Origin: an uncultured Bacteroides sp.
GTDB lineage: Bacteria; Bacillota; Clostridia; Lachnospirales; Lachnospiraceae
Length of the DNA: 64,000 nucleotides
NCBI GenBank assembly: GCA_964553965.1
Contig: CAZKMB010000005.1
Coordinates: 2,474 to 66,473, forward strand
Direction of reading: 5' to 3'
In this document: positions 58,294 to 64,000 of the stretch, piece after piece
How positions within the stretch are numbered: the first letter of the stretch is position 1
Layout: the number at the start of each line of letters is the position of its first letter
The notes under the pieces: generated by a model
The model's input: the letters and a program-made list of their open reading frames with translations, nothing else
The model's database searches: none
What the model was told of the DNA's origin: nothing
Program-made: the position numbers and the translations under genes

Positions 58294-59232
58294 ATGGATA
58301 TGCTTATACAATGTTTATTACTTGTACTTGGATTTGCTATGTTGGTGAAGGGAGCAGACTGGTTTGTTGACGGTGCGGCAGGCGTGGCTGACAAGCTGGG
58401 CGTTTCACAGCTCGTTATCGGTCTTACCATTGTGGCCATGGGAACAAGCGCGCCGGAGGCAGCGGTAAGTATTACGGCAGCACTCAAGGGAAATGCGGAT
58501 ATTACAATTGGCAATGTAGTTGGAAGTAACATACTAAATGTCTTGATTATTCTTGGAATTGTGTCAGTCATTATAGCTACACCTGTAGCGAAGTCTATAA
58601 TAAAAATAGACCTTCCTTTTATGGTTGGTATCACATTGCTGTTGCTTGTACTTGGATATTTTGGAGAAGATATCACCAGAATTGAGGGATTAATATTACT
58701 TTTATTCTTTGCAGGATATTTGTTTTATCTGTTTAAAAATGCAAAAAATACCGACAGCCCTGAGGAGGATACAAATGAGGAAGAAAAGCCTGTGTGGAAG
58801 TTAATCCTTATTGCGCTGATTGGTCTTGTGCTTATCGTTTTAGGAAGTGATTTTACTGTTGACGCGGCTACTAAGATAGCTACAGAGCTGGGAATGGGAA
58901 CAAGATTTATAGGCCTTACCATAGTTGCGCTCGGTACATCTCTCCCGGAACTTTTCACATCCGTTGCGGCCGCATTGAAGGGAAAATCTGATATTGCAAT
59001 TGGTAATATTGTAGGAAGTAATATATTTAACATATTGCTCATTGTCGGTTTATCATCGGTTATTACACCTATATACTTTGCACCGAATTTTCTGATTGAT
59101 ACCGCTGTTGCCATTAGTGCCGGCGTTATATTGTGGATTGCTACATTTAAGAAAAAAATGCTTACACGTCCGGCGGGTATTATCATGTTGATAGGATATG
59201 CAGGATATTTTGCATACCTTCTGATGAGTTAA
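58294..59232 (+). CDS. Calcium/sodium antiporter (CaCA, YrbG-like)
   Basis: Two alpha repeats 'GTSAPE...GNVVGSNI' and 'GTSLPE...GNIVGSNIFN'. Confidence 0.93.
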   Translation: MDMLIQCLLLVLGFAMLVKGADWFVDGAAGVADKLGVSQLVIGLTIVAMGTSAPEAAVSITAALKGNADITIGNVVGSNILNVLIILGIVSVIIATPVAKSIIKIDLPFMVGITLLLLVLGYFGEDITRIEGLILLLFFAGYLFYLFKNAKNTDSPEEDTNEEEKPVWKLILIALIGLVLIVLGSDFTVDAATKIATELGMGTRFIGLTIVALGTSLPELFTSVAAALKGKSDIAIGNIVGSNIFNILLIVGLSSVITPIYFAPNFLIDTAVAISAGVILWIATFKKKMLTRPAGIIMLIGYAGYFAYLLMS

Positions 59233-59288
59233 TAAAATAATAACAAATCTCCCTGTTATGAATATAATAGTGGCAGGGGGGTGAAAAT

Positions 59289-61016
59289 ATGCCTGACGCA
59301 GGTTGCAGTGAAATTATATATTCGGAAAACTACAGAAGTTACCTCATAAAATATGATAATGATTTGGATGGAGTATATGACATAGTCAGACCGGATTGTG
59401 TCACCATAATAAATAACCAGTTTTTAGTGGCGTACAAACAGATAGAAGAGGAAAGAAATATATATGAATACGGCTATCAGTCTCTTCCGAAATGTTTTGG
59501 ACTTATGGACACTACTGCAGTTGAATCCATGGGAGTTGAGCGAGTCAGAAACCTGCCGGGACTTGCCCTTACGGGACGGGATGTGCTTATAGGTTTTGTG
59601 GACACGGGAATAGATTATACGAATCCTATTTTTCGCCGTGAGGACGGAAGTACAAGAATAGAGTATATCTGGGATCAGAATCAGTCGGATTTTGACGGAC
59701 AAAGTACGGTGTTTAACTATGGCAGGGAATATACAAGGACAGATATTGAAAGAGCCTTGGCAACGGATAATCCTTATTCTGTGGTACCCTGTACTGATGA
59801 AAATGGACACGGGACATTTCTTGCGTCGCTGGCAAGCGGAGGTGTGGATGAGTCTGATTCATTTACGGGTGTGGCACCGGAGTCGGGATTAGTTGTTGTA
59901 AAACTAAAACAGGCGAAAGCGAATTTGAGAGATTATATGCTCATAAACGGGGATGCCGTGTGTTATAGCGAGGATGATATAATATTAGGTATTAAATACC
60001 TGATAAATAAAGCTATAGAGCTTGGAAGACCTTTGGTGGTATGTCTTGGACTGGGCAGCAGTCAGGGAGACCATGAAGGCAATACAAATATTGAATTATA
60101 CATAAATTCACTGTCCAACTTACGAGGTGTATGCGTTGTTGCACCCGTCGGAAATGAACTCGGTTTCAACGGGCATTTTGCGGGGAACAACAGGATAAAC
60201 CGGATTACATCTGCTGAAAACATGGAAATTTCAATAGGAGAAAACAACAAGGGCTTTGTTATGGAAATTTGGGGAAACGCACCGGGGCTGTTAAAGGTAG
60301 ATGTGTTGTCACCGACAGGAGAGAGACTTGGAGACATATCGCCTGTAAGAAATGGCAGAAGTGAGATTACATTTACATATGAAGGAAGCAGAGTATATGT
60401 AGATAATTTTGTTGTGGATACCTATTCCGGTGATCAGCTATATGTATTGAGATTTCTGAATCCCACCAGAGGGATATGGACTATAAATGTCAGTGAACAG
60501 AATCTGCTTCCGGGAATGGGATTCGATGCATGGCTGCCCATAAGCGAATTTTTAAACGGGGATATAAAGTTCGTAAGACCGGACCCCGATGTGACCATAT
60601 GCTCTCCCGGTAATGCCGTAGGGATTATTACTGCGGCAGGATACAATCACACAAATAACTCTCTTTACATAAATTCAGGAAGAGGATTTACCCGTAAGGG
60701 TAGAATTAAACCGGATATTACTGCACCGGCTGTCAATCTGTACGGTGCATTTGCCGGAAATGTCCTGACAGGTCAAAGCCTGTTTATAAGGCGAAGCGGA
60801 AGCAGCGGAGGAGCGGCTCTTCTGGCAGGTGTGGCAGGGCTGATAATGGAATGGGCACTGGTAAAGGGAAATAACTACGGTATTACAACAGAGGTAATAC
60901 GGCAGATGCTTATCCGGGGCAGTCGGCAGGTGGCGGATGTAGAATATCCAAGCAGTTCCTGGGGATGGGGAGTGATTGATATATATGAGACATTTAATGT
61001 TATAAGAAATATGTAA
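59289..61016 (+). CDS. Subtilisin-like S8 serine protease, Csp germination-protease type
   Basis: Triad 'GFVDTGID', 'DENGHGT', 'RSGSSGGAA'; 'KPDITAP', 'WGWGVIDI'. Confidence 0.82.
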   Translation: MPDAGCSEIIYSENYRSYLIKYDNDLDGVYDIVRPDCVTIINNQFLVAYKQIEEERNIYEYGYQSLPKCFGLMDTTAVESMGVERVRNLPGLALTGRDVLIGFVDTGIDYTNPIFRREDGSTRIEYIWDQNQSDFDGQSTVFNYGREYTRTDIERALATDNPYSVVPCTDENGHGTFLASLASGGVDESDSFTGVAPESGLVVVKLKQAKANLRDYMLINGDAVCYSEDDIILGIKYLINKAIELGRPLVVCLGLGSSQGDHEGNTNIELYINSLSNLRGVCVVAPVGNELGFNGHFAGNNRINRITSAENMEISIGENNKGFVMEIWGNAPGLLKVDVLSPTGERLGDISPVRNGRSEITFTYEGSRVYVDNFVVDTYSGDQLYVLRFLNPTRGIWTINVSEQNLLPGMGFDAWLPISEFLNGDIKFVRPDPDVTICSPGNAVGIITAAGYNHTNNSLYINSGRGFTRKGRIKPDITAPAVNLYGAFAGNVLTGQSLFIRRSGSSGGAALLAGVAGLIMEWALVKGNNYGITTEVIRQMLIRGSRQVADVEYPSSSWGWGVIDIYETFNVIRNM

Positions 61017-61055
61017 TCTAAGCTCACTTATGTGAGTTTTTTCTAAGTTTTTCAC

Positions 61056-61083
61056 TTGACATAAATTAAAATTCAAGTATAGT
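61056..61083 (+). promoter_or_regulatory. Putative sigma-A promoter
   Basis: TTGACA-N16-TATAGT. Confidence 0.5.
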
Positions 61084-61121
61084 AATAAATAGTATTATAA
61101 ATACATTAATATGGAGGTATT

Positions 61122-62102
61122 GTGATGATTTGCAAAGAATGTAAATTTGAAAACAAAGAAGGTGCTGCGTTTTGTGCTAACTGCGGAAAGCCAATTGTTG
61201 CAGATAGCGAAAATGATGTAAAGCCTGCATCTTCAGATGAAGAAAAAACTACAATTATTGAAACAGAAGAAAAGCAGGGAGATGACAGTGAGGGTGATAC
61301 AACAGTTCTCACAAGCAATGCTCCGATGGGTGGTATGCCTCCGATGGGTACTGTGCCTCCGATGGGCAATGTACCTCCAATGGGCGGTGTGTCTCCGATG
61401 GGTGGTTCAGCACCTGTTAATAATGGTATGCCTGCAAAACCTGCAAAGCCGGGAAAACCTGCAAAGGCTGCAAAACCTGCAAAGGCTGCAAAACCTAAAA
61501 AGTCAAAGGGAACAGTTGCTTACATAGTTATATCAATAATTCTTATACTTGGTTTAGCAGGTGTAGGTGTTTGGGGATATTTCTATTTTACAGGCGAGAT
61601 AGATGACCTGAAAGAGGAAAAAGCTAATGCAACAGCAGAACTTACAGTACAGTATGAAAAGGAAATTGAGGATCTTCAGGCTTCTAATGATGAACTTGAG
61701 CTCAGCGTTGCGGATTATGAGTCCCAGATAGCTCTTAACGAAGAAAAAATATCACAACTTCAGGCTGATGTTGATGGATATACAGCATATGAGGAAATTC
61801 TTAATGCTATATCAACAAGCGTTCCACAGGGTTCAACATCATTCTTTGCAAGCAACAACATAGTTCGTGTTTCAGAGGGAGATACTGCTGAGATTAAGAT
61901 ATACTATGCTGATTTAGACGGTACTATTCAGTATTATCTTGAGAACTCATCTGTTGCAACCTGTGAGTTTGGTGAGGGCTGGGAAAATGATGAAACAACA
62001 GCAACTCTCTATGTAGAAGGTTTAAATGCAGGTGTTACAAGAATAGAGATTTCAAATACAACAGATGATCAGATTATAGAGATTATTGTGTATGTAGATT
62101 AA
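61122..62102 (+). CDS. Zinc-ribbon membrane protein with low-complexity linker, one TM helix, coiled coil and C-terminal beta domain
   Basis: 'CKECKFEN...FCANCG'; TM 'VAYIVISIILILGLAGVGVWGYFYF'. Confidence 0.78.
   Translation: MMICKECKFENKEGAAFCANCGKPIVADSENDVKPASSDEEKTTIIETEEKQGDDSEGDTTVLTSNAPMGGMPPMGTVPPMGNVPPMGGVSPMGGSAPVNNGMPAKPAKPGKPAKAAKPAKAAKPKKSKGTVAYIVISIILILGLAGVGVWGYFYFTGEIDDLKEEKANATAELTVQYEKEIEDLQASNDELELSVADYESQIALNEEKISQLQADVDGYTAYEEILNAISTSVPQGSTSFFASNNIVRVSEGDTAEIKIYYADLDGTIQYYLENSSVATCEFGEGWENDETTATLYVEGLNAGVTRIEISNTTDDQIIEIIVYVD
61321..61500 (+). repeat. Intragenic tandem repeats: 18-bp x5 (PPMG) and 9-bp units (KPA/KAA)
   Basis: CTCC(G/A)ATGGG every 18 bp from 61321; (C/G)CTGCAAA units from about 61431. 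Confidence 0.85.
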
Positions 62103-62112
62103 TTTTATATGT

Positions 62113-62149
62113 AAAAAAGGGATTGTTCATAGTAGCAATCCCTTTTTTT
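62113..62149 (+). terminator. Intrinsic terminator
   Basis: AAAAAAGGGATTG...CAATCCCTTTTTTT. Confidence 0.8.
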
Positions 62150-62222
62150 GTTTAAATATTTAGTGTATAATAAAGGTATATGTTACTGTAAACCTTTCTT
62201 GTGATGAAGGGGGGGATGTGCC

Positions 62223-63617
62223 ATGGAAAAGGATTGGGTAGTACTCAAAATAGATGATAACCGCATGTGGGCAAGCTTATCCATAAAAATTCCGGAAGGT
62301 GAAGAAAATTTTTATTTTTCACCGGATTTTATTGAGGGATATTTAAAGGAAAATGGTATAACTGCGGGCATAATGAGAGATAATATAGTAGCCTTATCGA
62401 ATTGTGTAGCCTATGGACAGGAAATGATAGTTGCCAGAGGAAAAGAACCTGTCAAGGGCAGAGATGGTGTGTACTCCTTTATGGTTGCTTTAGAGGATGC
62501 AAAAAACAAGCCGACTATAAATCAGGATGGATCGGTTGATTATTATAACTCTCTTAAACTTGCCATGGTGGAAGAGGGGGATATTTTTGCACGCTACGAA
62601 CCGGCAACCTCAGGCGAATACGGATATACCATATTTTCAGAGATGCTGCCACCTGTAAAAGGAAGAGAGCAAAGACCTCTTCGGGGAAGGGGATTTAAGA
62701 TAAGCGAGGATAAAAGGACATACACAGCCGGGTACTCAGGAAGAATTTTCAGAGAGGCTGAACGTATAATTATAGAGAAGATATATGTAGTTAAAGGTGA
62801 CCTTGATGTTGAGCAGGGAAATATAAAATTTAACGGTGACGTGGAGATAAAGGGAGACGTGAGAAGTGGTCTTACCATAGAAACCGAAGGGGATATATTT
62901 GTCCATGGACATGTGGGCGGATGTACTCTTGTCGCCGGAGGAAATATTACCATTCAAAGGGGTATACAGGGACGGGATAAATGTTTCATAAAAGCAGGGG
63001 GGAATGTTGCCTGCAGCTTTATAGAAAGGTGCAACATACAGGCTGAAGGAAGCATATATGCCGACTCCATCATGGATTCCGATGTGTTTGCAAGGCAGAT
63101 GGTTGTGGTAAGCTCCAAAAAAGGTCTTATAGTCGGTGCCGATGTTACGGGGCTTCAGGGGGTTATTGCAAAGACTGCCGGAAATGAATCCTGCATACTC
63201 ACATCAATTACAGCAGGTGTTTTTGCTGAGGATGTAGTCCGGTTGTCTGAATTATCAGAGAAAATTACCAAGATTAAATCGGATATGGGTCTATTGGAAC
63301 GCCATTTGAAGAATATCGATTCTCTGGATGGTTCAAAACTGACTAAGGAAATAGAAAATATGAGAATGAAGATAATCAGGGCTAAGGTGGTTCTTGCAAC
63401 GGAATTAAAGGAGATACAGGAACAGTATAACACGTTGGATGAGGATATAAAGAAGGCGAAGAGTGAAGCTAAAATACATATCACAGGTATATCCTACAAC
63501 GAGGTGAGAATAACCATCGGAAGAGCTGTATATCTTACAAAGGATTCCCTGAAAGATATAGTTTATAAAAATGTAAATGATAAAATTGTGGCATTGCCGG
63601 GAAGCGAGGCATCATAA
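62223..63617 (+). CDS. FapA/DUF342 family protein
   Basis: 'VARGKEPVKGRDG', 'VDYYNS', beta-helix repeats 'VKGDLDVEQGNIKFNGDVEIKGDV'. Confidence 0.85.
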   Translation: MEKDWVVLKIDDNRMWASLSIKIPEGEENFYFSPDFIEGYLKENGITAGIMRDNIVALSNCVAYGQEMIVARGKEPVKGRDGVYSFMVALEDAKNKPTINQDGSVDYYNSLKLAMVEEGDIFARYEPATSGEYGYTIFSEMLPPVKGREQRPLRGRGFKISEDKRTYTAGYSGRIFREAERIIIEKIYVVKGDLDVEQGNIKFNGDVEIKGDVRSGLTIETEGDIFVHGHVGGCTLVAGGNITIQRGIQGRDKCFIKAGGNVACSFIERCNIQAEGSIYADSIMDSDVFARQMVVVSSKKGLIVGADVTGLQGVIAKTAGNESCILTSITAGVFAEDVVRLSELSEKITKIKSDMGLLERHLKNIDSLDGSKLTKEIENMRMKIIRAKVVLATELKEIQEQYNTLDEDIKKAKSEAKIHITGISYNEVRITIGRAVYLTKDSLKDIVYKNVNDKIVALPGSEAS

Positions 63618-63618
63618 C

Positions 63619-64000
63619 ATGTATGATATTATTATAATTGGAGCCGGCACAGCGGGACTTTCTGCGGCTATATACGGGCTTAGGGCAGGAAAGACTGTGC
63701 TTATACTGGAGGAAAAAAGTTACGGTGGTCAGATAGTAAATACACCGGAGGTTTGCAATTATCCGGGAATAAAAAATATATCGGGGTATGAGTTTGCTAC
63801 AAATCTCTATGAACAGGCAGTGAATCTTGGCGCAAAGATTGTATACGAGAGAGCAGAAGGTATTGTTAATTCAAAAAATTTAAAGAAAGTTCTGACTCCG
63901 ACCGGGGAGTACGAAGGTGGAAGTGTTATTATTGCAACAGGTGCTAAAAATCGCCCTCTGGGTCTTCCGCGAGAAAAAGAACTTATCGGTGCCGGAGTTT
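63619..64000 (+). CDS. trxB: Thioredoxin reductase-like FAD oxidoreductase (3'-truncated by the window edge; not in the ORF track)
   Basis: 'MYDIIIIGAGTAGLSAAIYGLRAG', 'GGQIVNTPEVCNYPG', 'IIATGAKNRPLG'. Confidence 0.85.
   Translation, partial: MYDIIIIGAGTAGLSAAIYGLRAGKTVLILEEKSYGGQIVNTPEVCNYPGIKNISGYEFATNLYEQAVNLGAKIVYERAEGIVNSKNLKKVLTPTGEYEGGSVIIATGAKNRPLGLPREKELIGAGV

Noticed and set aside
2394-63484. Numerous 60-175-aa antisense or alternate-frame ORFs in the track
   Set aside because: They lie inside well-supported genes, lack RBSs and recognisable motifs, and are expected by chance.

Overview
A 64-kb chromosomal window from a flagellated, probably spore-forming low-GC Firmicute. Gene content, flagellin N-terminus and tandem flgK copies point to Lachnospiraceae; this is an inference. 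Layout: (1) 1-8778, the 3' end of an AT-rich surface-glycan cluster (four GT2 glycosyltransferases, rmlC, FdtA/FdtB-like 3-amino-3,6-dideoxyhexose genes, acyltransferase, Wzx flippase, GNAT). (2) 9007-11898, a three-gene ABC-three-component (Lamassu-type) anti-phage module behind a promoter with a palindromic operator, followed by decayed ABC-transporter remnants. (3) A glmS ribozyme and glmS, a lipoprotein, a DivIVA-like protein with Cys-containing 11-residue repeats, a long G·U-rich intergenic hairpin and an output-less PAS/PocR/GAF sensor. (4) mreB(mbl)-flgF-flgG-flgJ-like, recD2, comF and the late flagellar locus flgM-flgN-flgK-flgK-flgL-fliW-csrA-flaG-fliD-fliS-fliT/flgN-like-flagellin, with sigma28 promoters, CsrA sites and REP-like hairpin/repeat insertions. 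(5) A LicD-fusion, a CgeB-like GT and a CobD-like enzyme next to flagellin. (6) A tightly coupled four-gene operon of unknown function built around a degenerate Hsp70-like protein and TPR/helical partners; this is my best candidate for an undescribed system. (7) valS, gdpP-rplI-dnaB, a membrane protein with two FliM-N-like peptides, a stand-alone Card1/DUF1887-like CARF nuclease, a Ca/Na antiporter, a Csp-like S8 protease, a zinc-ribbon membrane protein, fapA and a partial trxB. No rRNA, tRNA, CRISPR array, transposase or integrase was recognised. All family assignments come from motif recognition by eye, not from database searches.
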